A DNA stretch of 64,000 nucleotides from Xanthobacteraceae bacterium (GTDB lineage Bacteria > Pseudomonadota > Alphaproteobacteria > Rhizobiales > Xanthobacteraceae), in contig DASXJB010000126.1 of NCBI GenBank assembly GCA_036497645.1, positions 3,769 through 67,768 of the forward strand. Direction: 5' to 3'. The notes under the pieces were generated by a model. It ran no database searches. It saw only the letters and a program-made list of their open reading frames with translations, and was not told where the DNA came from. Numbering within the stretch: position 1 is the first letter of the stretch; every line of letters starts with the position of its first letter. Below are positions 35,791 to 49,287 of the stretch, in pieces. The position numbers and the translations under genes were made by a program.

Positions 35791-36687
35791 GTGCCGCCCC
35801 CTCCTTCGTCGCGCCCGCTCGACGCAACTGCAATTGCAGTCACGATCGGACTCTGCTTGAGCTGGGGCTTCAACAATGTGGCCATCAAGCTCGCGATCCA
35901 TGACATTCCGCCGCTGATTCAGTCTTCGGCGCGCTCTGTAATCGCGGCAATCCTGGTCGGCGCCTGGACACAGGCACGCGGCATCCCGTTGTTCAAGCGG
36001 GACGGCACACTGCGTGCCGGGATTCTCGCCGGCATCCTGTTCGCGCTCGAATTTCTGCTGATCTATCGCGGCCTGGTTTGGACGACCGCGACGCGTGGCG
36101 TTCTGTTTCTCTATCTTGCGCCATTCTTTGTCGTGATTGGATCGCGCTGGCTTATTCCAGGCGATCACTTCCACGTCTCGCAATGGCTCGGCCTGTTGCT
36201 GTCCTTCGTCGGCATCGTGATTGCTTTCGGCCTGCCGACGCCGGCGGTCGATTCCCGGCAAGTCCTCGGTGATCTCATGCTGGTCGGCGGCGCGGCTGCA
36301 TGGGCGGCAACCACGCTCACCATCAAGGCGAGCGCACTCAACCGGATCAGCGCGGAAAAGACGCTGCTCTATCAGCTCGTGGTCTCGGCGCCGCTGCTGG
36401 GCCTTGGTGCGATCGTCTTCGGCGAGCGTATCACGGGCATGCCTTCCGCCGTGGCACTCGGCGCTTTTGCTTACCAGACCATCTACGTGGTCAGCATCAC
36501 CTTCACGATTTGGTTTGTCTTGGTCGTACGTTATTCGGCCGCGCGCCTGTCGGTCTTCACCTTTCTGGCGCCGCTTTTTGGGGTGGCGGCCGGTCACCTC
36601 GTGCTAGGCGAGCCGCTCACCCCCGCTTTTGCCGTCGCGGTGGCGCTGGTCGCCGCCGGGCTCCTCCTCGTCAACCGGCCCCGGTGA
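35791..36687 (+). CDS. DMT-superfamily (EamA-like) transporter
   Basis: 298 aa with about 10 hydrophobic spans in a duplicated EamA-like pattern. GTG start. Confidence 0.8.
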   Translation: MPPPPSSRPLDATAIAVTIGLCLSWGFNNVAIKLAIHDIPPLIQSSARSVIAAILVGAWTQARGIPLFKRDGTLRAGILAGILFALEFLLIYRGLVWTTATRGVLFLYLAPFFVVIGSRWLIPGDHFHVSQWLGLLLSFVGIVIAFGLPTPAVDSRQVLGDLMLVGGAAAWAATTLTIKASALNRISAEKTLLYQLVVSAPLLGLGAIVFGERITGMPSAVALGAFAYQTIYVVSITFTIWFVLVVRYSAARLSVFTFLAPLFGVAAGHLVLGEPLTPAFAVAVALVAAGLLLVNRPR

Positions 36688-36776
36688 GGTTATATGCATG
36701 GCGTCGGAGCATTGCGGGCCGCAGTCCGCAGCCATGGAACTCTTTGCTAAACTATGGATTCTCTGAAGGAATTCCC

Positions 36777-38030
36777 ATGATCGCGTTTACCGGTCCAGCC
36801 TCCAGGCATCGCACGATCGGCGTCGAAGTCGGTGGCGTCACCGTGGGCGGCGGAGCACCGGTTGTGGTGCAGTCGATGACCAATACCGATACCGCCGATG
36901 CCGAGGCCACTGCAAAGCAGGTGGCGGACTTGGCGCGCGCCGGCTCGGAGATCGTGCGCATCACGGTGGATCGCGACGAAGCTGCAGCTGCTGTTCCCCA
37001 CATCAAAGATCAGCTTGCCAAGATGAATGTCGACGTGCCGATCGTCGGGGATTTCCACTACATCGGCCACAAACTCCTTGCCGATCATCCGGCTTGCGCC
37101 GAAGCGCTCGACAAGTACCGCATCAATCCGGGCAATGTCGGCTTTAAGGAGAAGAAGGATCGCCAGTTCGGCGCCATTGTCGAAACCGCGATCCGGCACA
37201 ACAAGCCGGTGCGGATCGGCGCCAATTGGGGATCGCTCGATCAGGAGCTGCTCACGCATCTGATGGACCAGAACGCGCGGTCCAATCAGCCGGTCGACGC
37301 GCGCGACGTCACACGCGAGGCGATGGTTCAGTCGGCGCTGTTGTCGGCCGCGCGCGCTGAGGAGATCGGACTGCCCCGCTCAAAAATCATTCTTTCGGCG
37401 AAGGTCTCCGCCGTCCAAGATCTGATCGCGGTTTACGGCGAACTGGCGCGGCGCTGCGACTACGCCTTGCATCTCGGCCTCACCGAAGCGGGCATGGGTT
37501 CAAAGGGTATCGTGGCGTCGTCGGCCGCGATGGGCGTGCTGCTTCAGCAGGGCATTGGCGACACGATCCGGATTTCGCTCACGCCGGAGCCGAATGGAGA
37601 TCGTACGCTCGAGGTGAAGGTTGCTCAGGAATTGCTGCAAACCTTGGGCCTGCGCACATTCGTCCCGCTGGTCGCGGCCTGCCCCGGCTGCGGCCGCACG
37701 ACTTCGACCACGTTTCAGGAGCTCGCCGCCAGTATCCAGAGCTTCATCCGGGACTCGATGCCGGAATGGAAGGCCCGTTATCCGGGCGTCGAGGGCCTCA
37801 ACGTCGCGGTGATGGGCTGCATCGTCAACGGCCCAGGCGAGTCCAAACATGCCGATATCGGCATTTCGCTGCCGGGCACCGGCGAGCAGCCGACCGCGCC
37901 GGTTTTTATAGACGGCAAAAAGGCCATGACGCTGCGCGGCCCGACGCTGGCCGCAGATTTCAAGAGGATTGTCGTCGATTACATCGAGCGCCGATTTGGC
38001 TCGTCCTCTGGCCAGGCGGCGGCTGAGTAG
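36777..38030 (+). CDS. ispG: 4-hydroxy-3-methylbut-2-en-1-yl diphosphate synthase
   Basis: ATG at 36777 ([37 protein letters not shown]). Cluster Cys residues in ACPGCGRT and [10 protein letters not shown]. 417 aa. Confidence 0.94.
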   Translation: MIAFTGPASRHRTIGVEVGGVTVGGGAPVVVQSMTNTDTADAEATAKQVADLARAGSEIVRITVDRDEAAAAVPHIKDQLAKMNVDVPIVGDFHYIGHKLLADHPACAEALDKYRINPGNVGFKEKKDRQFGAIVETAIRHNKPVRIGANWGSLDQELLTHLMDQNARSNQPVDARDVTREAMVQSALLSAARAEEIGLPRSKIILSAKVSAVQDLIAVYGELARRCDYALHLGLTEAGMGSKGIVASSAAMGVLLQQGIGDTIRISLTPEPNGDRTLEVKVAQELLQTLGLRTFVPLVAACPGCGRTTSTTFQELAASIQSFIRDSMPEWKARYPGVEGLNVAVMGCIVNGPGESKHADIGISLPGTGEQPTAPVFIDGKKAMTLRGPTLAADFKRIVVDYIERRFGSSSGQAAAE

Positions 38031-38253
38031 ATCTCGGCCAAGGCAAACTTCCTGGCCGTGGGGTCGAAGGCGGCGATCCAGCACATCCCCCAGGGCACGG
38101 CGCTTGGGCATTCCCCTGTGCCGCGTTGCCAAATCAGCACAGAGTTGAGAAATTTTCTTCTCAGCGCGCCGAAGGCTCGACACTCTCCGGCGGGTCATTC
38201 ACCATGGCCGTCAACTACATTGGCCGCCCTGACCGACCCCATTAAATAAAAAG

Positions 38254-39159
38254 CTAGCGCTTTTCCAATCGCCGCAGCACGTCGTCGAGCTGATCAAGAC
38301 TACGGTAGCGAATGGTCAACACGCCGCCGCGCTTGGCTTCGTTGATGCTGACGGCAAGGCCAAGCGCATCCGATATGCGTTTTTCCAGCGCAATCAAATT
38401 GGCATTTTTTCCCGCGCCGCGGCGCACGGCCCGTGCGCCGCGCGATTTGCCGCCGCGCTCGGCCGTTTCCCGTGCGAGGCTTTCGACCTGACGCACATTG
38501 AGGCCGCGGGCAATGATTTCCTCGGCTAGTCTTTCGGCGTCTGGCTGTCCGATCAGCATCCGCGCGTGTCCGGCGAAAAGCTTGCCGGAATGAATGTACG
38601 ATTTTATCGTTTCGGGCAGTTTCAGAAGCCGGAGCGTGTTGGCGACATGACTGCGGCTTTTGCCAACGATCTTGGCGATCTCGTCCTGGCTGTTGCCGAA
38701 CTCCTCGATCAAGGCGCGATAGCCTTCGGCTTCTTCGAGCGGATTGAGATCGGCGCGTTGTACGTTTTCGATGATCGCAAGCTGCAGCGCCTCGGCATCG
38801 GTAGCTTCGATGATGACCACCGGCACTTCGTGCAAGCCGGCGCGCTGGGCGGCCCGCCAGCGGCGTTCGCCGGCGATGATCTCATAAACGTCCGCCGCTC
38901 CCTGCACCGGCCGCGCGACGATCGGCTGAATGATCCCGCGCTCGCGCAGCGAAGCGACCAGCTCATCGAGCTCGGCATTGGGAAAGGCCCGGCGCGGATT
39001 GCGCGGATTAGGCCGCAAGGCAGCGGTCGGCAAGCGGCGCTGGCCGCGCGGCCGATCGACCGACGTTTCAGCGGCCATGTCGCCGATCAGTGCCGCAAGC
39101 CCGCGACCTAATCGCGATCGCGCGGGGTCTTCGGCCAGCTTTCCGGGATTAACGCTCAT
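38254..39159 (-). CDS. parB: chromosome partitioning protein ParB
   Basis: 301 aa with the ParB box GERRWRAAQRAGL and an HTH (SQDEIAKIVGKSRSHVANTLRLL). Confidence 0.95.
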   Translation of the reverse strand: MSVNPGKLAEDPARSRLGRGLAALIGDMAAETSVDRPRGQRRLPTAALRPNPRNPRRAFPNAELDELVASLRERGIIQPIVARPVQGAADVYEIIAGERRWRAAQRAGLHEVPVVIIEATDAEALQLAIIENVQRADLNPLEEAEGYRALIEEFGNSQDEIAKIVGKSRSHVANTLRLLKLPETIKSYIHSGKLFAGHARMLIGQPDAERLAEEIIARGLNVRQVESLARETAERGGKSRGARAVRRGAGKNANLIALEKRISDALGLAVSINEAKRGGVLTIRYRSLDQLDDVLRRLEKR

Positions 39160-39168
39160 CGCCAGGCC

Positions 39169-40038
39169 TCATCGTGCGCACAGTTTTTTCTCGCGCTGGA
39201 TGACCTCGGTCGCGAGCCGCAAATAAGCTTCGCTGCCACTGCATTTAAGATCGTAGACCAGCACGGGCTTGCCGTAGGACGGCGCTTCCGAGACACGCAC
39301 GTTGCGTGGAACGATGGTGTCGTAGACTTTCGCGCCCATGAATTCACGGACGTCCGCGACCACCTGGGACGATAAATTGTTGCGCGCGTCGAACATGGTC
39401 AGCACGACACCATGAATCGTGAGCTCGGGATTGAGCTGAACGCGGACCGATTCGACGGTTTTGAGAAGTTGCGACAATCCTTCGAGCGCGAAGAATTCGC
39501 ACTGCAAAGGAACGACGATCGCATTGGCGGCCGCCATGGCATTGACCGTCAGTAGATTGAGCGACGGCGGGCAGTCGACCAAGACATAAGTGAAGCGCGT
39601 GCCGTCCTGTACATTCAGGCTCGCGAGCGCATTGCGTAAACGGAACGCGCGATCGCGCGCTTGTCCGATCTCGAGTTCAAGGCCGGACAGATCGAGAGTG
39701 GACGGAGCGATCTGAAGCCGCGGCACTGCGGTGGGTACGATCGCATCGCGCAGCGTCGCTTGTGCGGTCAGCACGTCATAGGTCGAATAGCGCCGGTTGC
39801 GGCGGTCGAGACCAAGTCCGGTCGAAGCGTTGCCTTGGGGATCGAGATCCACGATGAGCACGTCTTCGCCGATCGCAGCGAGCGCGGTGCCGAGATTGAT
39901 CGCAGTCGTGGTCTTGCCAACGCCGCCCTTCTGGTTGGCGACCGCGAGCACCCGCGGCGGCTTGGTCGCGAGCGCCAACCGCGCCTGATCCGGCGCCGAA
40001 AAGTCCGTCACATGCGATGACAAGGCAGCTTCCGTCAT
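39169..40038 (-). CDS. parA: chromosome partitioning ATPase ParA
   Basis: Deviant Walker A NQKGGVGKTT. Located upstream of parB. Confidence 0.95.
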   Translation of the reverse strand: MTEAALSSHVTDFSAPDQARLALATKPPRVLAVANQKGGVGKTTTAINLGTALAAIGEDVLIVDLDPQGNASTGLGLDRRNRRYSTYDVLTAQATLRDAIVPTAVPRLQIAPSTLDLSGLELEIGQARDRAFRLRNALASLNVQDGTRFTYVLVDCPPSLNLLTVNAMAAANAIVVPLQCEFFALEGLSQLLKTVESVRVQLNPELTIHGVVLTMFDARNNLSSQVVADVREFMGAKVYDTIVPRNVRVSEAPSYGKPVLVYDLKCSGSEAYLRLATEVIQREKKLCAR

Positions 40039-40092
40039 GGGCCTTTCGCAACCGGTGCGTGTTATTTACAACCCAAGGTGGCGACGGCCGAC

Positions 40093-40743
40093 CTATCTGC
40101 GCTTCGGCTTAGCCTCGCGAATCACCACCACGTGCGACTTTGGATCAGTCCGACTCGGAACTAAAGAGGCCTGAATGCTCCAACATTTAGTCGCTTCGGT
40201 CAATTCAACATCCACATCTTGTCCCTTAGGGAACAGGCCCTGGGCTCCTCTTTTCAACAGCGGATATGCGATCGAAAGCAATTCAGGCAATGGCGCGAGT
40301 GCACGCGCTGTCACCGCATCGAGCTCGCCGCGAAAGCCCCGGGCGAAGTCAGCAATGCGCTCGGCGTGAACAACCGCCGGCACCCCGGTGACGCGAACGG
40401 CCTCGCGCAAAAAGGCGGCCTTCTTCTTGTTGCTTTCGATCAGATGAACTTCCGCGAAGTTTCGATCGGCTAACGCACACGCAATCGGCACACCGGGAAA
40501 TCCGCCGCCTGAGCCCAAATCGGCCCATTTGCGTGCCTGCGGCGCGATGGCGAGGAGCTGCAGCGAATCGGCGATATGACGCGTCCACAGCGTCGGCACG
40601 GTCGAAGTCGCGATCAGATTCATCCGGCTGTGCCAGTCGAGCAGCAGCGCGGCAAAACGGTCGAGGCGCGCCACTGTTTCACGTGAAACAGCAACGAGCG
40701 CGAGCGCCCGAGCGCGATCAGCGGTGAGGTCAGGCTGCGCCAC
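40093..40743 (-). CDS. rsmG: 16S rRNA (guanine527-N7)-methyltransferase
   Basis: GidB family with SAM motif [10 protein letters not shown] and the VSRET motif. Start is uncertain: GTG at 40743 (14-nt overlap with mnmG) or TTG at 40791. Confidence 0.88.
   Translation of the reverse strand: MAQPDLTADRARALALVAVSRETVARLDRFAALLLDWHSRMNLIATSTVPTLWTRHIADSLQLLAIAPQARKWADLGSGGGFPGVPIACALADRNFAEVHLIESNKKKAAFLREAVRVTGVPAVVHAERIADFARGFRGELDAVTARALAPLPELLSIAYPLLKRGAQGLFPKGQDVDVELTEATKCWSIQASLVPSRTDPKSHVVVIREAKPKRR
40685..40700. other. parS: parS centromere site (perfect consensus palindrome) inside rsmG
   Basis: TGTTTCACGTGAAACA is a perfect 16-bp palindrome, extendable to 18 bp (CTG...CAG). It is identical to the canonical ParB-binding consensus and encodes VSRET of RsmG. 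Confidence 0.85.
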
Positions 40744-42613
40744 TTGCTGTTTTGCGCGCCGGGTTGCCCCGCGCGCGGCGTAGATAGGCAACCAAGAGCG
40801 TCAGCGCGGCAGGCGTCACGCCATCGATACGGCCCGCTTGTCCAATCGTGCGTGGTCGATGCAGCTGCAGTTTCTGGCGCACCTCGTTTGAGAGACCCGG
40901 CAGCGTCGCGTAATCGAGATCCTCGCTCAGGACGAGACTCTCGTCGCGGCGGTACGATTCCACGTCGGCAGCCTGGCGGCTGAGATAGACGTGGTACTTC
41001 GCGTCAATCTCAAGCTGCGCGGCAATCTTGGCATCGAGTTCGCCGAAGGCCGGCCAGATGCGCGCCAGATCGGTGATGCCGATTTCCGGATAGGACAAGA
41101 TTTCAAAGGCCGAGCGGCGCTGCCCGTCCCGGCGCAAAGCGAGCCCGTTACGCGCGGCCTCGGTGGGCGTCAGGTTCAGTGATCCCGCCATGGCTCGCGC
41201 CGCTTCGAGGGCTGTCATTTTGGCGCGGTAGCGCTCGGCCCGGACACCACCGACGCAACCAAGCGCGATCCCCCTGCCCGTCAGCCGCTGATCGGCATTG
41301 TCGGCGCGCAAAGTCAGCCGGTATTCGGCCCGCGATGTGAACATCCGATATGGCTCGCTGACGCCGCGCGTGACCAAGTCATCGATCATCACGCCGAGAT
41401 AGCCCTCGGCCCGGTCGAACAGGATCGGCGCCGCGCCGGCGGCGAAGGCCGCAGCATTGAGACCAGCGACAAGACCTTGCGCGGCTGCTTCTTCGTAACC
41501 AGTGGTACCGTTGATTTGGCCCGCAAGAAATAACCCCGGCAGGCGCTTGGTCTGCAAACTTGGATGCAGCTCGCGGGGGTCGACATGGTCGTATTCGATG
41601 GCGTAGCCGGGGCGAATTACGCGCGCCCGTTCGAGACCCGGGATCGTGCCAATCAGCGCCGACTGTACGTCCTCCGGCAGCGAGGTCGAAATGCCGTTGG
41701 GATAAACCGTGCTATCGTCGAGCCCCTCCGGCTCAAGAAAAATCTGATGACCGTCGCGCTCGCCAAAACGGACGATCTTGTCTTCGATCGAAGGACAGTA
41801 GCGCGGACCGCGGCTCTTGATCTGACCGGAATACATCGGCGAGCGATGGACATTGGCGCGAATGATGGCGTGGGTCGCCGCCGTCGTGCGGGTGATGCCG
41901 CATTCGACCTGGCGGTTGGCGATGCGCTCGGTGAGCATAGAGAACGGCTCGGGCGGGTCGTCGCCCGGCTGCATTTCCACCCTGGACCAGTCGATGGTCG
42001 TGCCGTCGAGCCGTGCCGGCGTGCCGGTCTTCAAGCGGCCCAGTTGAAAACCTAGACGCTCGAGCGTGGCCGAAAGTCCGAGCGCGGGCCCCTCGCCCAT
42101 CCGGCCTGCGGGAATCTGCCGCTCGCCGATATGAATGAGGCCGCGCAAAAACGTGCCGGTGGTCAGGACGACGGCACGTGCTTGAAATTCGCGCCCGTCG
42201 CTCAAGCGAACGCCTGCTGCCCGTTCGCTGCCGAGCAAATCGTCAACTTCGCCCTCGATCACAGTCAGGTCTGCAGTGCTGCGGATCGCCTCCTGCATCG
42301 CCGCGGCGTAGAGCTTGCGGTCGGCCTGCGCACGCGGCCCGCGAACCGCTGAGCCTTTCCGGCGATTGAGCATGCGAAACTGAATCCCGGCGGCGTCGGC
42401 GACGCGGCCCATCAAGCCGTCGAGCGCATCGATCTCACGAACCAGGTGACCTTTGCCCAAGCCACCGATCGACGGATTGCACGACATTGCGCCAACGCTT
42501 GTGAAGCGCTGGGTGACGAGCGCCACGCATGCTCCCATGCGCGCGGCCGCGGCCGCCGCCTCGCAGCCGGCGTGGCCGCCGCCAACCACAATCACATCGA
42601 AGGCACGATCCAT
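40730..42613 (-). CDS. mnmG: tRNA uridine-5-carboxymethylaminomethyl synthesis enzyme MnmG
   Basis: 627 aa with an FAD motif ([14 protein letters not shown]). GidA family. Confidence 0.97.
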   Translation of the reverse strand: MDRAFDVIVVGGGHAGCEAAAAAARMGACVALVTQRFTSVGAMSCNPSIGGLGKGHLVREIDALDGLMGRVADAAGIQFRMLNRRKGSAVRGPRAQADRKLYAAAMQEAIRSTADLTVIEGEVDDLLGSERAAGVRLSDGREFQARAVVLTTGTFLRGLIHIGERQIPAGRMGEGPALGLSATLERLGFQLGRLKTGTPARLDGTTIDWSRVEMQPGDDPPEPFSMLTERIANRQVECGITRTTAATHAIIRANVHRSPMYSGQIKSRGPRYCPSIEDKIVRFGERDGHQIFLEPEGLDDSTVYPNGISTSLPEDVQSALIGTIPGLERARVIRPGYAIEYDHVDPRELHPSLQTKRLPGLFLAGQINGTTGYEEAAAQGLVAGLNAAAFAAGAAPILFDRAEGYLGVMIDDLVTRGVSEPYRMFTSRAEYRLTLRADNADQRLTGRGIALGCVGGVRAERYRAKMTALEAARAMAGSLNLTPTEAARNGLALRRDGQRRSAFEILSYPEIGITDLARIWPAFGELDAKIAAQLEIDAKYHVYLSRQAADVESYRRDESLVLSEDLDYATLPGLSNEVRQKLQLHRPRTIGQAGRIDGVTPAALTLLVAYLRRARGNPARKTASGAA

Positions 42614-42682
42614 TGCTTCACCAAATCCGCAGCCGTTCTAGTGAATGCACCATTGCCGGTCAAAATGGGCCGGTCAAAACGG

Positions 42683-42698
42683 TGTTTCACGTGAAACA
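42683..42698. other. parS: parS centromere site (perfect consensus palindrome), mnmE-mnmG spacer
   Basis: TGTTTCACGTGAAACA is an exact second copy, lying in the 109-bp intergenic region between mnmE and mnmG. Confidence 0.85.
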
Positions 42699-42722
42699 AC
42701 GACCGGGCGCCGTGTTAACCGA

Positions 42723-44111
42723 TCATTTACCAATACAGAACTCGCGGAAGATCTTGTCCAACACATCCTCGACATCGACACGGCCGGTCAGCCGGCCAAG
42801 GGCCCAAGCGGCGTGACGCAATTCTTCAGCGATCAACTCCTCGCGCGGACTCTGTCTAGCACTCTCCGCCAAAGCACGGTCCAAGGCTGTAGCGGTTTCC
42901 TCAAGTGCGCCACGGTGGCGCGCCCGCGTTACGACTGCCGCCTCGCCAACCGCAAAAGAGTCTCTAGCGAACTCGGCCAATGCACCGAATAGTGCATCGA
43001 GCCCCGCACCGCGTTCTGCTGAAATCGAAAAAGCGAATTCAAATTCATCTTTTCTAGGATGCTGGCGCAAACCGGCCATCGATCGCCTGCTTGCGCCCTC
43101 TTCGAGCAAATCAATCTTGTTTTCGACGAGCCATTGCGGCGCGTCGCTTTTCAGCTGCGGCAACTCCGCAGGAGCTCGGCCTTCGGCCGATACGTCAGTG
43201 ACCCACAGCACCAAATCGGCTTGCGCCGCGCGGGCGCGGGCGCGGCGCACACCCTCCTGCTCTACCGGCTCAACGCTGTCACGAATGCCGGCGGTGTCCA
43301 AGACGGTCACGGGATAGCCATCGAGCTCGAGATGGACTTCGATCACATCGCGGGTGGTGCCGGCAAAAGGCGAAACGATCGCCGCCTCGCGCCGGGCCAG
43401 CCGGTTGAACAGCGTCGATTTGCCGGCATTGGGTGGACCGGCGATGGCAACGACGAGACCGTCGCGCAGCCGCTCGCCGCGGCCGCCGTCGGCAAGCGCG
43501 GCGGCAATTTCATCGCGCAGGTCCCGCGCGATTTTCGCCGCGGGCGTTATCAACTCCTCCGGCACATCGGCTTCGTCAGAAAAATCGATGCGCGCCTCGA
43601 CCAATGCCAGCGCTTCGATCAGGCGCTGACGCCAGGCTTCGGCGCGGTCGCCGATGAGTCCTTTCAATTGACGGAATGCTTGCCGCCGCTGCGCTGTCGT
43701 TTCGGCGGCAATGAGATCACCCACTCCTTCGACTGCGGTGAGATCAAGCTTGCCATTTTCAAAGGCGCGCCGCGTGAACTCGCCGGGCTCGGCCATGCGG
43801 CAATCTTCGACCGCGCTGAGCGCTTTCAGCACGCCGGCGATAACCGCCTGACCGCCATGTAGCTGCAATTCCGCGACGTCCTCGCCGGTCTCGCTCGCCG
43901 GCGCCGGAAACCAAAGCGCGAGCGCCTCGTCGATCACCTCCCCGCTCGCCAGCTCGTGCACGCGGAGGAGCGTCGCCTGACGCGGCGGCGGCACGCGACC
44001 GGTCAATCTTTCAAGGGCAAGCCGCGCCCGCGGACCGGAAATGCGCACCACGGCAATAGCCGCCGGCGGCCGGCCGGAGGATAGCGCGAATATGGTGGAA
44101 CGATCGGCCAT
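42723..44111 (-). CDS. mnmE: tRNA modification GTPase MnmE
   Basis: 462 aa with G1 motif [12 protein letters not shown] and the C-terminal FCIGK motif. Confidence 0.96.
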   Translation of the reverse strand: MADRSTIFALSSGRPPAAIAVVRISGPRARLALERLTGRVPPPRQATLLRVHELASGEVIDEALALWFPAPASETGEDVAELQLHGGQAVIAGVLKALSAVEDCRMAEPGEFTRRAFENGKLDLTAVEGVGDLIAAETTAQRRQAFRQLKGLIGDRAEAWRQRLIEALALVEARIDFSDEADVPEELITPAAKIARDLRDEIAAALADGGRGERLRDGLVVAIAGPPNAGKSTLFNRLARREAAIVSPFAGTTRDVIEVHLELDGYPVTVLDTAGIRDSVEPVEQEGVRRARARAAQADLVLWVTDVSAEGRAPAELPQLKSDAPQWLVENKIDLLEEGASRRSMAGLRQHPRKDEFEFAFSISAERGAGLDALFGALAEFARDSFAVGEAAVVTRARHRGALEETATALDRALAESARQSPREELIAEELRHAAWALGRLTGRVDVEDVLDKIFREFCIGK

Positions 44112-44178
44112 GGTGCAGGGTTGGCGTCCATTGAGGTCGGCGCTTCGCGCGATGCGGGCTACTTGCTACGGTGCGTCC

Positions 44179-46269
<2,091 letters not shown>

Positions 46270-46280
46270 GTAAGCCGCGA

Positions 46281-47546
46281 TCAGGTATTCATCGAGTCGA
46301 AGAACTCGCCGTTGTTCTTCGTATTGCGCAGCTTGTCGAGCAGGAAGTCAATCGCATCCATCGTTCCCATCGGATTGAGGATGCGGCGCAGCACGTACAT
46401 CTTCTTGAGCTGATCCGGCGGCACCAACAGCTCTTCCTTGCGCGTGCCCGAGCGCGTGATGTCCATCGCCGGGAAGGTACGCTTGTCGGCGACTTTGCGG
46501 TCGAGGATCAGCTCCGAATTGCCGGTGCCCTTGAATTCTTCGAAGATGACTTCGTCCATCCGGCTGCCGGTATCGATCAGCGCGGTGGCGATGATCGTCA
46601 GCGAACCGCCTTCCTCGATATTGCGCGCCGCACCGAAGAAGCGCTTCGGCCGCTGCAACGCGTTGGCGTCGACGCCGCCGGTGAGCACCTTGCCGGACGA
46701 CGGCACCACGGTGTTGTAGGCGCGGCCGAGCCGGGTGATGGAGTCGAGTAGAATGACGACATCGCGGCCATGCTCGACGAGCCGCTTGGCCTTTTCGATC
46801 ACCATCTCGGCGACTTGAACGTGGCGCACCGCCGGCTCGTCGAAGGTCGACGAGACCACCTCGCCTTTCACCGAACGCTGCATATCGGTGACTTCCTCCG
46901 GCCGCTCGTCGATCAAGAGCACGATCAGGTAGCATTCCGGGTGATTGTGGGTGATCGAATGCGCGATATTCTGCAAAAGCACGGTCTTGCCGGTGCGCGG
47001 CGGCGACACGATCAGCGCGCGCTGTCCCTTGCCGACCGGCGCGACAATATCGATGACCCGGGCTGAAAGATCCTTTTTGGTCGGATCCTCGTATTCCATT
47101 TTCAGCCACTCGTCCGGATAGAGCGGCGTCAAATTGTCGAAATTGACCTTGTGCCGCGCCTTCTCGGGATCCTCGAAATTGAGCGAATTGACTTTGAGCA
47201 GCGCGAAATAGCGTTCGCCTTCCTTGGGGCTGCGGATGTGACCATCGATCGTGTCGCCGGTGCGCAGTCCGAAGCGCCGGATTTGCGATGGCGATACGTA
47301 GATGTCGTCGGGCCCGGGCAGGTAATTTGCTTCCGGCGATCGCAAAAAGCCGAAGCCGTCTGGCACTACCTCAACGACACCCTCGCCAACAATGTCCGTC
47401 TCGCGCGCAGACAGCTGTTTGAGAATACCGAACATCAGCTCCTGCTTGCGCATGGTCGAGGCGTTCTCGACCTCCAATTCTTCGGCAAAGGAGACAAGCT
47501 CGGCCGGAGTCTTGGCCTTGAGTTCTTGCAGTTTCATTTCCCGCAT
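46281..47546 (-). CDS. rho: transcription termination factor Rho
   Basis: [21 protein letters not shown] (N-terminal helix bundle), an RNA-binding CSD-like region and Walker [12 protein letters not shown]. 421 aa. Confidence 0.97.
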   Translation of the reverse strand: MREMKLQELKAKTPAELVSFAEELEVENASTMRKQELMFGILKQLSARETDIVGEGVVEVVPDGFGFLRSPEANYLPGPDDIYVSPSQIRRFGLRTGDTIDGHIRSPKEGERYFALLKVNSLNFEDPEKARHKVNFDNLTPLYPDEWLKMEYEDPTKKDLSARVIDIVAPVGKGQRALIVSPPRTGKTVLLQNIAHSITHNHPECYLIVLLIDERPEEVTDMQRSVKGEVVSSTFDEPAVRHVQVAEMVIEKAKRLVEHGRDVVILLDSITRLGRAYNTVVPSSGKVLTGGVDANALQRPKRFFGAARNIEEGGSLTIIATALIDTGSRMDEVIFEEFKGTGNSELILDRKVADKRTFPAMDITRSGTRKEELLVPPDQLKKMYVLRRILNPMGTMDAIDFLLDKLRNTKNNGEFFDSMNT

Positions 47547-47805
47547 AGAATGTCCTATGGAAATTTGGCCAGCGAAGTTCAATCGTGGCGTCGCTGGCTG
47601 GAGAAGTTCGCAGGTCTTTGGGCTGGTCAGGGTCTTTGGGCAGTAAGGGCTTGGGGACCCCCAACCCGATGCACTGGTGGCTCCAGTTTGCTGGAGCCGA
47701 GACGCAACTGCATCCGCCTACGTTGGGTGGGATAGCCTGAAGATAAGAAAAGTCTGCACTTCAGGCAAGGGCCGAACCGGATTCCGCCTTAGCAACGCGT
47801 TACCG

Positions 47806-48243
47806 TCAGAACGGTTTCACCACCGCGAGAATAACGATCGCCGCCATCAGAATTGCCGGTATCTCATTGATCAGACGATAGAATCTCTGGGAATGCCGAT
47901 TGCGGTCGGCGGCAAAATCTTTCACCCAAAGCGCGCACCAGCCGTGCAGTGCAGAAAGCGCAAGCACGAGCACGAGTTTGGCTGAAAGCCAGCCGGAAGC
48001 GAACCAGCCGTAGCGAGAATCAGGGCCGTGCCAAGCGAGCCACAGCCCCAGTAACCAGGTCGCGACCATGGCTGGATTGATGATGATTCGGAGGAGCCGG
48101 CGCTCCATGGTTTTGAAGGTCTCCGACTGCACCGATCCCTTCTCGGCGGCGCAGTGATAGACAAACAAGCGCGGCAAATAGAGCATTCCCGCGAGCCAGG
48201 CGATGACGGCAATAACGTGGAACGCCTTGATCGATTCATACAT
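47806..48243 (-). CDS. hemJ: protoporphyrinogen IX oxidase HemJ-type membrane protein
   Basis: 145 aa with 4-5 TM segments (MYESIKAFHVIAVIAWLAGMLYLPRLFVYH), a UPF0093/HemJ signature. Adjacent to hemE. Confidence 0.8.
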   Translation of the reverse strand: MYESIKAFHVIAVIAWLAGMLYLPRLFVYHCAAEKGSVQSETFKTMERRLLRIIINPAMVATWLLGLWLAWHGPDSRYGWFASGWLSAKLVLVLALSALHGWCALWVKDFAADRNRHSQRFYRLINEIPAILMAAIVILAVVKPF

Positions 48244-48258
48244 GCGGCGGGTGCTCTC

Positions 48259-49287
48259 TCAGGCCGAGGCGCGAACGCGCGCGACGAGCTGTTCAACATG
48301 CGCAACAGGCGTGTCCGGCAGCACGCCATGGCCGAGATTGAAGATGAACGGTCCGGCTTTGAAGTTTTCCATGATTCGATCAACCGAGCGATCAAGTGCA
48401 TCACCGCCGACCAAGAGCGCCACAGGATCGAGGTTACCTTGAACGGGCTTGCGCCTCTGCAACTCGTCGCGCGCAAAATCAAGATCGATGGTCCAGTCGA
48501 GCCCGACCGCATCGACCGGAACAACATCGATGTATCGTTTCAACCGGCTGCCGGCGCCGCGCGGAAATCCGATGAACTTCGCTGTCGGAATTTGCATTCG
48601 CACGGCGTTGATAATGCGCGCACACGGTTCAACGCAGCATCGATCAAATTCATCGTCCGGCAATACACCCGCCCAGGTGTCGAATATTTGCACAGCATCG
48701 ACACCGGCTTCGAATTGCCGGATCAAATATGATGCTGAAGCGCCTACAAGAATATCGAGCAATTCGCCAAATAGTTTCGGAGCGCGATAAGCAAACTCCC
48801 GCGCCGGAGTCTGATCGGGCGTACCCGCACCGGCAATCATGTATGTCGCCAAAGTCCATGGCGCACCACAAAATCCCAAGAACGTAACGCTGGCCGGAAG
48901 CTGTGATCTAACGCGCGTGATTGTCTCATAGACAGGCGCCAGCCGCTCATGATCGAGCTCTCTCCGGAGCTTGCGCAAACCTGCAGCGTCGTCGATCGCA
49001 TCAAGCCGCGGCCCATCGGCTGAAGTGAACGCAACGCTCTGCCCCAGCGCATAAGGAACCACCAAAATATCTGAAAATAAGATCGCGGCATCGAATCCGA
49101 ATCGTCGAATCGGCTGCAATGTAACGTCCGTTGCCAGATCCGGATCAAGACATAGATCGAGGAAATTACCGATCTTTTGCCGAAGCGCACGATATTCCGG
49201 GAGATATCTTCCGGCTTGCCGCATCAGCCAGATCGGCGGAACGGTCTGTCGCTTGCCGGCAAGAACGTCCATCAGGGGTTTGGTCAC
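48259..49287 (-). CDS. hemE: uroporphyrinogen decarboxylase
   Basis: 342 aa with the [15 protein letters not shown] signature. GTG start. Confidence 0.95.
   Translation of the reverse strand: MTKPLMDVLAGKRQTVPPIWLMRQAGRYLPEYRALRQKIGNFLDLCLDPDLATDVTLQPIRRFGFDAAILFSDILVVPYALGQSVAFTSADGPRLDAIDDAAGLRKLRRELDHERLAPVYETITRVRSQLPASVTFLGFCGAPWTLATYMIAGAGTPDQTPAREFAYRAPKLFGELLDILVGASASYLIRQFEAGVDAVQIFDTWAGVLPDDEFDRCCVEPCARIINAVRMQIPTAKFIGFPRGAGSRLKRYIDVVPVDAVGLDWTIDLDFARDELQRRKPVQGNLDPVALLVGGDALDRSVDRIMENFKAGPFIFNLGHGVLPDTPVAHVEQLVARVRASA

Noticed and set aside
38031-38253. Small ORF 38058-38249 and weak hairpins in the ispG/parB convergent spacer. I considered an sRNA, a terminator or a DnaA-box cluster.
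   Set aside because: The ORF translation is junk-like. The hairpins are short (6 bp) and lack U-tracts, and there are no DnaA-box-like 9-mers. I treat the region only as an orientation and synteny breakpoint.
40208-40216. DnaA-box-like ACATCCACA inside rsmG.
   Set aside because: It is a single degenerate intragenic match (2 mismatches) with no neighbouring boxes or AT-rich tract, so chance occurrence is likely.
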